This document shows, in pieces, positions 35,601-47,845 of a stretch of 64,000 nt of DNA (within the stretch, counting starts at the first letter, position 1; each line of letters begins with the position of its first letter). The notes below the pieces were generated by a model. That model saw only the letters and a program-made list of their open reading frames with translations. It was not told the origin of the DNA and searched no databases. The translations under genes were made by a program, and so were the position numbers. The DNA is taken from assembly GCA_036172245.1 (NCBI GenBank), contig JAYWIR010000003.1, positions 1,364,001-1,428,000 of the forward strand. The letters run 5' to 3'. The stretch comes from Raillietiella orientalis. Taxonomy: Eukaryota.

Positions 35601-37699
35601 GCGGCCACCATAAAGCGCGCGGCCCGCCCCAGTCAGCGGCACCTATGTGACACATGGCGCTCTTTACTGGCACAGCCAAGAATCTTCCTCGATTCCCCCA
35701 CTTCCAGGCGATCGAGGCGGAGGCGGATTTCCGCTCCCCTTTTGTGATTCCCCTTTTGTCCTCTCCTGGAGCAAAGCATGTGGCCTGCCTATCGAAACTT
35801 TCCTGATGCCAGACCTCCGGGTCGGTCCATCACTTCTGTTGCATCTGCTGTAGACGTATACGGCAAAACCTCCTTGCATCATGGACCGTCCCGCATCCAG
35901 CGTTCTGGCGACGGCAGTCGGTCCGCTGCCTGGCAACTGTCGATGAAGTCATTCGATCTCGGAGATTCCAGTCTTTCCAGTTGTCCTCCAGCTCCCTCCG
36001 GCTCCTCGTCTTCTGGCTTGAATCGGTTCGATCCTTGCAGCAGCGGGGTTTCGAAGGATCGCCAGGGAACATCCTAGGAAGAAGCCAAGCATCTTCTCCA
36101 AAGGAACGGACACAAATCTCGAAAGACGCCATCCCCGCCGATTCTGCAGCATTTCTGTTCCCATTCCCCAAGTTCAGTTCACCTGCTATCCCTTCTCGCC
36201 GCCCACTGCTAGGATCTTAACGTGGAGCTCCGAACTTCCGTGCGAGTTCTGCTAGCGGACCAACCGCCGCAGGCGCTGCCGATGGGGTCGGCTCGGAGGC
36301 AAGCAGCGGTTGAGGATGCTTCTCCAGGAATCGATGCTTCCGCCGGAACTTCCAGATGAATTTTAATTGTATTACAAGAATTTCCCTCCAGCTGGAATCG
36401 CTCTCTCGCCCGAGATGTAATAAGAATGCTCCCCATCGCGGGATCCAGACGAAGACTTTCCCTTTCCTCCGTCTCTCTGAAACGGAAATTCCGATTTAAT
36501 TTACAGTTTCCACTTTCACTTAAATGGCGTTCCTGGCCTGAGGGTTTGAGCATCGCTCCTTTTAATTGCAACCCCGTAGCAATACATTTGAGGCTCCCGT
36601 GCGAGCTCAAATGTACTGTTAAATGTCACGCACTTTGGGGTGCTCCGCCTGGAGACTTGGGTGGCCGTTTCTTTCTTCGGCCTTGCTGCTACTTTCCGAT
36701 GGAACATGCACACCAACTGTCCCAGGAGCCAAGTCTTCACTCCGTTTGAGTTTCCAAACTACCAGGATGCTGCAAAATTTTTCGCGATGAGTCTCCTCTT
36801 GGCTGAAAAGATCGTAAGTCCTTGCTTGCTGATCATCTTTCGCTGGTCCCACTCGAGCGAGCGAGCGAGATCACTTTCCACTGGCTTCTCTTTTTTTTTT
36901 TTAGATTCTCTGAGTTATTGGGTAGGAGGAGGAGGAAGACTGAGCCGTTGCCATGGCGCGGATTTTTTCCTTCTCCTGGTTTCGGCCGAGGATTGTGAGC
37001 GCATTCCTCGCAACAAATTGGCAGTCGTGGCGCTGAGCTATCAGCTGCTCTTTGTTGGAACATTTGATCTCTTCCTTGATTAACTTCGCAGTCTCCGTTG
37101 ATTATTTGAGGAAAAAAAAATAAAATTCGTCCCTTCCCCCAGGACGCGTGACGTGAAGCGCCTGGAAGCTCGGGAGGCTGCACCGGCCGTCAACTTCCTT
37201 CACACCGGAAGAGGATGAAGTCAACAGGCGGTGGATGCTACTGCTCGGAACCCTGGAAATCGAAGACCAAACAGCCGGCTTCCTGTTTTTACAAAATACC
37301 GGTGTAGCTCTTGGTGTAGTGTCGCGTTTTCCTGTTCCGGGAAAATACGACACTACCCAAACTACCACACCTACCATTTCCGTACGCATGGCAACTTCCC
37401 CAACCAGCCCCAATCTCAACGGAACACAGCATACGAAGCAAGCATAAACTCCATAACCAAATCTACCAAAGTCTTGCACCCACTGGTCGCCCACTCAATC
37501 ACTCATTCCATGAACCCTCTGAGAAAAAGTAAAACAGGTGATGCGTAGCCTCGAGCCAGCATCAAAAACACATGCCCTATCGCCCCCATTTCTCCAACGC
37601 CTTACCTTTCACCTACAATGACTTATGTACTACGAATTGAAAAGTAAGCTATAAGCGCCTTGCAGTCTACTTGCCGAAAACATTAAACCCACCCACCAT

Positions 37700-39302
37700 C
37701 TTTGGCTGGAACAGTGCTACCCTCCCCATAAAGTGGCAGGAGTCGGTGATTCTTCTGTTGCAGTGGGGCCTCCCGTGCAACGCCCGCCGACACCATTGGA
37801 CCCAGGGCAGTGTCAACCCGAACTGCGGCAAGTGCAGCGAGAGGGAGTCCCTCCCGCACCTGTTTATGGATTGCATTGTCCTCCTACCCCTGTGGAGACG
37901 CTTTGCCGCGTCCCTGCGCCTCCCCGAGGACAACCCGAGAAACCTCCTGAAGCGCCTCTTCCAGCACGACGCGCTTCCGCCGGCCGCACCCCTAGCAGCA
38001 CTTTTCTGCCCATGCGGCGGGACCGTGGCTGCATGGAGCAACTCCAGAGGAGGCCAGGACGACAGGGAGGCCATCCACTTTGCCGTCCTCTCCATGAGGA
38101 TGGCTTCAAGATGGCTTCATCTGGAAACCTTTAAACAGGAAGTTGCCGGCATCCTTACGCCGTCCAGAATCTGGTGATCCCTTCCCGAACCCTCCCAGTT
38201 TTTTTTGTGTATCTATTTTTTTGTTTTTGTTTTTTTGTCTGTCTTCCCCCCGTCAAATGCCGAGGCGAACCTCACCGGCCTGCGCGCCGATTCTCGCGAG
38301 GTTCCTTTTTGTATATACATGACTGATTTCAGAAGTAAGAGCCGATCGGATATAATGAAACAAATGAGAGGAACAAAAATGCAATGATGGTTCGAAACAC
38401 ACGCATCCCCATCTCACTTTCTACGTAGTCACCATTTTTTTCCCAAACACTTTTGATACCGTGAAAGGGGAGCTCCGGGGAACCCTCTGCATGAAATTCC
38501 GCAGTCTGGGGGTTCAGCCAGTTCAGCAGCACCGCAGTCTTCAACTCTTCCCCTTCCTAGCATCCTTGAGCCACTTTGTGAGGTGCAGGAAGACTTGGTA
38601 GCCACTGGGGGAGAGGTCAGGACTGTAAGATCAAAAAGTTCCCATTCGAATTTCTGAGTCGTCTGGACAGCACAGTGTGGGCGCGCGCCGTCGTGAAGGA
38701 GAAGAACGATTCCTGGTCTCAGCATTCTGAACGGCACGCCGCAGTGTTGAAAGTGTTTCTACACAGTAGACTTGCGCACAGTAGATGGCTGTTCCAGGCT
38801 CCGTAAAGTCCACCAAAAGCACACACACCCTTTCGGTCCCACACACATGCCGTCCTCACATTCCAGACAATTCGAAAATCCGAATGGAAACTTTTTGATC
38901 TTACCGTTCCGACCTCGTACCCAGTGACCACCACGTCTTCCTGCACCTCAAGAAGTGGATCAAGGATGCGAGAGGGAAGGGGAGGAGTTGAAAACTGCAG
39001 TGCTGCTGAACTGGCTGAACCCCCAGACGGCGGAATTTCATGCAGAGGATTCCCCAGAGCTCCCCTTTCACGGTATCAAAAGTGTTTGAAAAAGAATGGT
39101 GACCACGTGGAAAAGTGACATGGGGATGCGTGTGTTTCGAACCACCAATACAGTTTTGTTTCTCTCATTCATTCTTTCTTTGTATCCGCCGTTAATTTTG
39201 AAATGCGTCTCGTATGTGTAACGTGGCAGGACCAGGCGTCCTGTCGCTGACCTGTATGTTTATTTTATGTAAATAAACGTCTCGGAGCAACCAAGTGTGA
39301 GA
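37700..39302 (+). mobile_element. 5'-truncated family-A LINE interrupted in its 3'UTR by a mariner derivative
   Basis: 37731-38295 is nearly identical to 19755-20316. The remaining 3'UTR (GTGGCAGGAC hairpin; AATAAA-cgt-CTCGG-agcaa-CCAAG-TG) resumes at 39215-39302. Confidence 0.88.
38318..39212 (-). mobile_element. Non-autonomous mariner (Tc1/mariner) derivative with ~350-bp inverted arms
   Basis: Transposase remnants WDRKGV/LLVDF, LLHDGARPH (HDNARPH), FEWELFD, KNGDYVE. Arms 38318-38667 and 38862-39212 are inverted copies of the transposase 3' end. TA at 38316-17 and 39213-14. Confidence 0.9.
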
Positions 39303-41914
39303 CCTTCTATCTTTTTTCCTACCGAATAAATCCCAATCATCCCACACCTATATTTCTTAAATAAATAACCGTACCAGCCCAAGGCAACTCCCCAACTCCA
39401 ATATAACCCCCGCAGGAACGACGTCCATCGTACGTGCAAACTCTAGGCTTCCATATGTGCCAGCGGCGAGGACTTCCTGGAAGGCGAAGGAACTACGTGA
39501 AACCTTTCGTCCGTTCTTTTCTGGAATGCGTTCTACGATCATTGCTGGCTGGCCGAGGGTGTCTCCCGGTTCTCCCTACTTTCGGGATGATCGGTTTCCC
39601 GAACCCGTGAGTATGGCAGCACCTACCTTTGGCATCCCAGCCAAGCGCCAGGCTCAAAAATTAAGGCTCACGAGAAAGCAGAATCATTCGGGATTGCCCC
39701 TCCGTTCTCCCTTGCGTTCAGCTGCACACTGATAAAGAGATTTCTTCATCGCACTGTTTTCCTCCTAGCAAGAACCACCCACTTCGACTTTTGCGAGCCC
39801 TCGCAAGATGCTTCCTTTAGGTGCGCTTCTATTCAAACATTCGCTCCAGCTACAGTGCATGTGATGCTGCATGAATGTGTGGAGTAAGGGTTACGAAGTT
39901 TTTTTATCAGCACCTGCATAAATCTCCGGAGACAGAGCAGCACTGGAAATTGCATAGCTGTATTTCCTCAGCAAAAACTTTTCCCGAAATTTGTTCGAGA
40001 AATTGCTTTCCGCTTTCCTCAACTCTCATCACCTTCGATAAGATAGATTTCCGTGTTCTTTAGGTCGCGTGGATGCTGTTCCCTAGTTTCGTTCGAGTCC
40101 CTTCCCTTCAGCAGCTCTTATCTTTGCCGATCCTCGCTCACGAAGAAGCCACGCGTTTCCTGAGCGTGGAAGAAAGACCCAAGCAAACTTGACCTAAGGG
40201 CAAGTTCTAAACAGTAGGTTTTGCTGCACCTTTCGGAATGCCATCTTCGTAATTTCGAAATAAACATACAAATGCGGTTCATTTCCTTCTTCTTCTTCCT
40301 TTTCAAGAGGACAAATGCCGCTGCGTTCCGACGAAGGGCATTGGAAGACCCATAAATTCACTCGCTATTGAAAATTTGTAGCAGGAAGAAAGCAAAAACG
40401 ACAGCTGCCTTACGGATCGGAAAAGTTGGACCGTGTGTTCCATTCGAGAAACACCATGAGCTCGACGTGGTGCACATCTTATTGAGAATTACGGGAGTAA
40501 TGAGATTTACATCATCTCATGGAGCTTGCGATGCAGAGCTAGAAATGCACAGCTGGAAGCTTCTACTAGAAGTTCCTTGGCCGCTGGCGCCTTGACATTC
40601 TGCTGCATGGGTTCCTGGGTTATCAAAGAAGTGCTGCTGAGAGCGGAGTTAATTCTTGTTCCGCATCAATCAGAGGTGCCGAACGGAAGGTCTGGAAAGC
40701 AGGAAATACAGCTGGATGCAGCAGATGCGTTTTTCCACACTATGGGCCATTCCGGATTGTCTCTTGCTCTGCCGTCACTCGAGGAAAGATTGGTAAGCAC
40801 TTTGCAGACTCCCCACATCATTCAGCTCCTTAAATGTTGCATCGTGAATTAACATTTATGATGTAACGTAAATTTCATTGATTTTGCACGTGACGTCATC
40901 GTGACACTTTCCAACTCTTTCTGCATTCTTTCGATGGACGGCCTACGATTTCAGATTGCATTTTCAGGTTTGCTTCCAGCAAACCATCTATGGTGCACTC
41001 CATTTCCATCTTTGGTGGCTCCGAAAATGCTGAAGCCAACCGGAAGCAACTGAAAGGAGTGCTTTTGCGGTCGGAAAGAAGAAGAGTGCTTGGACGAAGG
41101 TGCTGTAGCACGCGACTCTCCTTCGACCACGGGAGCGCCGGGGTGTCGTCAAGCGGCGAGTTGCGGTTCAGTGGCGCCCGCCTTCCTGATGGTAATTTTT
41201 CCAAGCACCGCGATCCGAAGAGCCGCAAGTCCGTCGACGCCGACTCGGACCGTTGCTGGTGCTCCGCCTCTCCACGGCTGGTCGTGAATTACGGATGGGA
41301 ATCGTCTCGGTTTCCCTCCTGGCCACGAACGGAACTCCGATCTCAAGGAATCAGCCCGGCCACGATCCCTGGTGCCCCCAGTGCGACGCTCTCCGGGAGC
41401 CGCGGGACTCCGCGCGAAGGCCTGGACAACTCCAAGGGAAAGCGTGTGAGGAAAAGCCCGAATTTCGTCTCTCTTCCACAAACATCCATGCGACTTCGAG
41501 TACCGGCAGAGCAAGGGATATTGGATGGCAAACGAAGGTGTTCCCTGGCACAATACCCTTCCGCCTCCTTGAGGGAGACTGTAAACAAACACGTGTGGTA
41601 TTTTCTAATGGAAATCCATTTCAAAACATCGGAGAACAAATGAGTTGTCTCGAGCCATTTTCATTCAATTCCTCCTGAGCTCACGAGGCATTCATTCCGG
41701 GATAACTCCGCGAAATGCCCTGCCTTTCCCGAAATTGCGCTCGCGCGATCTGTTATATATTATTTATATATTTCTTTCGTATGATGAAACTTTATGCTCC
41801 TGCACCGAAGTAATGATTTTCCCCTGTCTGGACTTCCTGGTCCTTACGAGCGCGTTAGAATGCCTCGCTGAGCATCCAATTGTGGCAGAGAGCTTGCTGC
41901 GTAACGTGCGGTGT

Positions 41915-42730
41915 GCGGCTATTGGCTGCGCAGAACGCTTCCGCGTGTGTACAAACACACACACACACTCACTGCACAGCAAACACAGAAGCGGAACCAT
42001 ATTTGACCGCCCGGAAGCGGAATCCACAGACTGAGGATCAATCACAGGCGGCCATAAAATCCCACTGGTGTAAATCTCGAGGCTTCGTCCGTTGCCACCA
42101 GTGCAGGGCTGCCAGGCAGCACGATGGGACGCAATTTTGCAAACAAATGGAGAATTTTGAAGGAATGCTGGCACTTGTGGATACGGGCCTGGTTGACACC
42201 GGAGATTCAATAAGAGGATGTTTTTTTTCCTCCTCTCGAGTTTCCGGAAGTGATCAGGGAAAGCATGGAGCCTTGCGCACTCCGTAACGGCCGGCCATAT
42301 CCCACACAGCGCCATCCAGAAATCACGTGAGCATCCGGAACTAAACTCGCGAGGGTCCGCGCCGCGCCCAGCCGCAACCCTAAATCATCAGCTTCGAGCT
42401 TCCGGCGAACTCGCGAGAGCTGCTCAGAGCAATCTGAAAAGAGAAATGCAGTCACGTGATGGCGCTCGAGGCAGATTGAGTAATCATCTACGATTCAAAG
42501 GTGGTGGCTGGAATGGTGGCTAATCGTTCCAGTGGTGCGCGGCAGCGAACGAAGCCCACGAGGGCCGCTAGGCAGTGACCAAGGAACACGAGGAGCATGC
42601 AGCACTTATTTACGGTGAAACCTGGATGACTCCAAGGGAAGGCGAGGGAGGGGGAAAGCCCACAAAATACGCACGGCAGACAGAATTACAGCTCTCCGAG
42701 TAATGGCCTGTCGATTTGGAAACCAATCAT
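41915..42730. promoter_or_regulatory. Candidate housekeeping-type promoter motif cluster
   Basis: ETS-type CCGGAAG at 42011, 42244 (CCGGAAGTG) and 42399 (reverse); TCACGTGA at 42323 and 42452; CTCGCGAG at 42346 and 42410; ATGGCG/GCCAT YY1-like cores; CCAAT at 41921 (reverse) and 42723. No transcript evidence. Confidence 0.35.
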
Positions 42731-43447
42731 CTCTCTGATTTTTCTCCCCTGTATTGGGGCGTCAGATGAGCAAACTCAAGGGGGGGATGGGAGGGGGGAA
42801 GAAGAGGGAAAAAGCTGTTCTTAGGGAGTCTGTGAGCCTTTCACTTGTAATTGGCGTTTGGCTTCTCCCGGTCAGATGAAAGTTGCGGAAGCGAATTGTT
42901 TTCTAAAGTTCTCGGATTAAAACACTCTCGGGGTTTCCCTGGGTTTTATCTCTTCCGAAGACAAAGCGAAGCCCATAGTACTTAATCTTCGTTTATAGCA
43001 CTTATTAAACCGTTTGCTATTTTCAGAGTCTCGTTTGTTTTCAGAGTTATCAGCTGTAAAACGACTCAGCACCGGTTCTTCATCCACTCATTAGATTAAT
43101 CTGACAATTTGTGGAATCGCGTGCTCCTTATTATGGGTAGGGTGGAGATCCCTGCGAACTGTTCACACCACCACTAAATAGTTGCGGAAGTACCGCATGC
43201 ATAATTGATTTCCTCCACCGATTCCTCATGCTTGAAGGAATCTTTCCATTTGCAATATGGAAGCCGCGGAAGAGATGGCACCTTTTTCTTTTGGCAGTCC
43301 AGAAAGCGGCGGAGTGGGAGTTCTTCTGCAGCATTGCAGGAGAAGGGAAAAACTCCTGGCCGGCTGAAAGACAAGGCGGAAGTTGGTGAACGCCGCCATT
43401 CCTCGTTTCCGGGCAAAGGGAGTCCTTGGGTGGAGTGACCTGCTCAG

Positions 43448-45030
43448 TTTATCACCCGGTCATGCAGAGACGTTTATTATCAAAATAAGAAACATCACGT
43501 GTAGGACCATCGACCATATATCGTCCGAAAGTATTCGGAGCCTGCCGAGTAACCAGCACGCAGACCGGCTAGTTTCGCCTCAGCAGCGGAGGGGCAAACA
43601 AAAATAAAAATCAATGATAAAAAATAATTCTGGGGGCACGGGAAGGGATCACTGTCCGCTGAAGGAAGTCCTCTGCATCCTTTCCAGGATGCTGGCAAGT
43701 TCCATCCGAATGCGGACAGCTAGCTTGACAGTCCAGGCACGGACCAGCTTGCTACCGTCCGCATGAAGCGCAGGGCGGAGCAGATGGCGTCCCTGTCGCG
43801 CTGTCCTCCTCCTCTCACGTAGCTCCAGGCCGCCACAACCCCGCGTAGGCAGCAGCAAAAAACTGCTGAGGATGCACCAGGCGAAAGGGCATCCCTCACG
43901 AAGAGGCGCTTCATCACGTCCCTGGGATTGTTTGTAGGTGCACCAAGGTCCGTTGCGTAACGAAACCACAGGGGCCGGACGGCAACACATTCCACAAGCA
44001 GGTGCCGTTCCCCGCACCTGCAACAGTTGGGCTTCACAGCCCCCGTGTCCACTGAGACAGGAGGAAGACCCCAATGCAACAACAGAAGTGCCGACTCCTG
44101 CCGCCGCAGACGGACTTTGTTCTTCAGCGCTGAGGGACCACTCGAGGTCTTCCTGTGAGATTCCCAACGGCTCTCAATAGTCCCTTCGGTGGGGCACTTC
44201 GAATCGCAGCGTCCGTGAGCTGGCCCGTGGTCCAACCACCCAATTCCTTCGTCCGAAGACTCATTTCTCAACTGACCTCCCATTTGTCCAGCTGGTTCCT
44301 GCCCAGGTGCTCCCTGAGGGCTAGGGAGGTTGCTTGTTCCCACGCACACGTGGTGGGCTGCACGATGACGTCCTGCAGCGAGTGATTCTTGCAGAAGGAG
44401 TGCAGCAGTCGCTGCCGCATCACCGTGCTCGCTTCGTTGTTCTTGGCCCACACGAGAAGGGTTTCCTGCAACCAGATACTACCGTTCGCGGATCCGCAGA
44501 AGATCCAGTTGTTGGTCCTGGTCAGCTTGGCCACTCTCCGGAGCTGCATTCCGCAGCGGGACACGTTGCGTCTGCACAGCCGTTCCAGGAACGAAGACAG
44601 TCCCGCGTAGCCGGTGGCTCGCTTGACCAGTTATCGTGCGGGTTCGCAACAGTTCGTGCTCCAAAACTTCGCCACTAGGGCAGGCGTCCTCCACTGGAGC
44701 TACCACTCCAGGCGTTCCAGTGTCAGGAAGCCGAGGCCTCCATCGAGACCGAAGCGCACAAGTCCTTCAGGCGGATTCGGGACCTCCCTGTTGCCCACAG
44801 GGAGATTCTCAGGAGGTCCCTTGTCCGGCTTTTAATGCTACTCGGTGAGGGGCACACAAAAAAGGGGGGGAGGAAGAGGGAGATCACGAACGTGTTTTAC
44901 ACCGAGGTCCGTTTCAGTAGGAAAAACTTGCCATCTTGGAACAGGTCGATCGCCGACTCTGCCTTCTGGGGCAGCTGGACCACGCCTCCGCCGGAGAATG
45001 GTCCCCCATCTAGTCTCCTGAGGCAAAATC
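43448..45030 (-). mobile_element. 5'-truncated family-A LINE (post-RT region to 3' end)
   Basis: GGLGFLTLERLEW, RQESALLLLHWGLP..NCCRCGERHLLVEC..RDAICSALRFMRT. 3'UTR stems 43542-43586. Terminus ...CCGGG-TGATAAA. Confidence 0.88.
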
Positions 45031-45054
45031 ACCTCACCAAAAAGCTAGTGCCTT

Positions 45055-45815
45055 TTGGTGTTTTGCCCTGAAGAACTCTTGATTCCTCATCTTTGCACGG
45101 AGACCTCCGTGTTCCCTCTAGGCTGGAAACAGGATGTTCTGCTATTTCCGCATTGCGAATTCCAGTGCAGTCTGCGCAAACACCTGTTTCCAGGAGGGCT
45201 GCCTCCCGAACTGATCCTGGTGGCGGGCGATGGAATCGCTCCTACACCTCCTGCTGAACTGCAGTGCCCTGGAGGACTTGTGGCGGACTCGCTTCGGCGC
45301 TCCGACAACTGCAGTACACTGCAACGGACTTACTGCGACGGTTCTGCACAGCACAAGCTACTAAGGAAGGGCTCTGTGATAGCAGCAATCGGTTGTATTC
45401 GCGCCATAGTGACAGTCCGCCCACATGTTCGAGTCAGTTTCGCGGCGAAGACAGGTCACCAGTATGGCAGCAGTCCTCATGAAGACAGCAGCAAGGTGGC
45501 CTCATCTGCTAAAAAAATTCGCCAGGAAATCGCCACCATCTACAGACGATTCTAGAGAGGAAAGAACGTCTCATACCAAAGGCCCCTGTCCCCAGCCTCC
45601 CGTCTGTTTTTATTTATTTATTGTCCCCTCCCACCACTGTTCCCTACTTTTTGGAAGCCGGCTTGCATGCCAGTGGTTATCTCTGATGAAATCATCTTTT
45701 TTCTGGATTTTCTTGTTTTCTGAGGAGATACTCTTCTTCCCTTACTTCTTGTAGTTCATTTTTTAGAAACAAACGTTCAAAACAAACTTTCGAACCCGGC
45801 GTAACCGGATTCGAA
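45055..45815 (+). mobile_element. 5'-truncated family-A LINE, head-to-head with previous copy
   Basis: TSVFPLGWKQDVLLFPH, IAAIGCIRAIV, KTAARWPHL, IATIYRRF*. Terminus CCCGG-cgtaa-CCGGA-TTCGAA (~45796-45815). Confidence 0.8.
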
Positions 45816-47154
45816 CCCAGAAAGCGACGTGCTACGCTCGAAGAGCAAACTCTCAGGTTTCGGCTTTCCTTCTTGCCGAACGGAAGCGTCGAAGGGTTAC
45901 TGAGGAAGCTCTTCTGTCTGCTTTGCGAGAACACAGCAATCACGTACAACAGCAGTAAGGTACAATGGGTCCCGTATTGCAAGGGAATGCTTTCCGCGTT
46001 ATACGAGACCTATGGGTCATATACATGGATAATATATGATGGTATTCTTGAAACACATGAAATGCATATTTAACATCACAGCAGCTGAATATTCAGTATT
46101 TCACGTCAGAAAAAAAAAAAAAAGAAATGAAATCACGCATTTGTTCTTCGACTTCTATGGTTTTTTTGAAACTGCCATCAGCCCTGTTCTTGCCTCTCGC
46201 TGTTGCATCTTCTTGCGCAATTCGGTTTCCGGCAGCTTGGTCGGATGGAATCCGATCCACTCAAATCACACATTCGTGCTCTTTTCGAAAACACCTGAAC
46301 TGAACACACCTGACCACACAGTCGAAATTCGTCCGCAGCCTCACCGGGGCCGATTGGCCGCGCTGTACGATAACCGTCGCCCATTTCCTTCGTTTCGCTG
46401 ATACGGGTTGCCTGTGCCGTACTCCTGGAAGAAAGAGGAGGCACCTGTTCTTCCTGGCCACTCCAGAGTCACATCGCTTCCATTCGTCGGTCTCGTCAAT
46501 CAAAGAGGGATCGGTTTGAGAAAGTAGGTGAGCACAGGGAGGGGTCACGTCAGGGTGCGCAGAGCGAGGTGTCAGGGTGTGCACGAATGAGAAAGCCACG
46601 GAAGCAAAGTACAGCGGCGCCAGCCGCCGTTTCCTGAGACGAGCTTGGCTGGGATGCGAGGGAACCCTTTTTTTTGTCCTGAGCTTGAAAGAGTTGGTCC
46701 TCTGCGATCATCGAGTACGGATCAGCATCCTGTTGCAGAAGCAGTGCTCAAGAAGTTATTTTCCGCCCGCCCACCCTTCCCGAAACGGACTGACCCGAAA
46801 CGCATGCTGACCCAATTTCCTCATTCTGGTTCAGCACAGCATCGAAGTAGCCCCCACTCAGACCGAACGAGGACCGGGAAAACCTCTGCTCTCCTGCTGT
46901 CGGACCGCCCTAGCGGGCCGCCGTCGTTCCTCAAAGCCTTCCGAACCACGGAACCCCTACCCACCGCTGAAAGCATCCCGAATGTGCTGCTGGATGCAAC
47001 CCTTGCAAGCTGAGCCTCCTCGGTCACAAAATGAAAAGCCTTGAAAGAAAAAAATTCCATTCGGCGGAAAACGAATGACGTCCCGGCAGCTTCGAACGGG
47101 GAGTTCCTCTCTTGGCCACGAACCAGCCGCGCCGTCCATTACCACTCCCTGTGA

Positions 47155-47845
47155 AGTGCTCCTCCAGGCGCTGAAGAATTGTTCACCATCTTCGGCACTG
47201 TCCACGCCACCCGAGGGTTCTTGTGGTCCTCAAGCTAGAGGGAGAACCCGTAGGGATCACCCTACGAATCCACGAAAGGCTCAGGAGAAAAAATTCCATT
47301 TCTCTAGCGCTTGGAAGGAAACTTTGAAGGGAACTTCTCCCTTGCTCTCTTCGGAGGGGTCACCGAAGGTCATTTCTTTACCGAAGGGAACTTGGAAAGA
47401 ATCCGCAGCACCCGTGACCCTTCCAAATTTCTCTGGAGGGCTCTCCCGAAGGGAGCAGCGCGCTTCTTCACATTCTGGAGAGGCAACCTCCCTGAGGGGG
47501 AATCAACCAGCTCTATGGTACGCAACGGAGGGGTCCCCATGAGGGGGAGGGGGTCAGCTCCATTTTTACAACCGGAGGAAAACTCCTGGAATCGGCACTC
47601 CCTGGTTTCCTGGAAGGACGCGACGAAAGGTCAGCTTCCAATCCCGGCCGGTCAACGGGACATCCGGGGTTTCCGGCTTCCACCGGTACCGACCAGAGTC
47701 ATCTTGTAGGGGAGGTAGGAGGAGAGATTGTAAACCTCACGACGCACCCTCCCTTCTCGTGGTCGATCCTCCCACATGGGGATTCGAACCCGCTACGCTT
47801 TCTGCCACGCCGTGGTCTCGGCGCGCAGCCACACGCTTGCCGACG
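47155..47845 (-). mobile_element. tRNA-headed SINE, copy E
   Basis: Plus-strand GGGATTCGAACCCGC (~47779), core ~47455-47540, 3' hairpin TTCTTCA-gcgcc-TGGAGGA on minus. Confidence 0.8.

Larger units (their letters stand above)
28300..36400 (-). mobile_element. Old LINE scaffold split by later insertions (pieces ~28300-28766, 29411-30243, 34445-34759, 35600-36400)
   Basis: Joining across the 13-bp TSD gives degenerate APE motifs in order: FFGLQKT (LQET), WWPVVL (GVAVL), SLDDFSA (GDFN), NTFPAGQEVSRRTHV (TF..SRID). Outer limits uncertain. Confidence 0.4.

Noticed and set aside
45790..45818. TTCGAACCC direct repeat as box B or TSD
   Set aside because: Better explained as the degenerate terminal hairpin (CCCGG-cgtaa-CCGGA) of the 45055 LINE copy; no SINE body adjacent.
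43431..45835. Single TSD around the head-to-head LINE pair (AGTGACCTGCT vs AGCGACGTGCT)
   Set aside because: Only 9/11 match and not directly adjacent to both termini; insufficient to claim one double-ended event.
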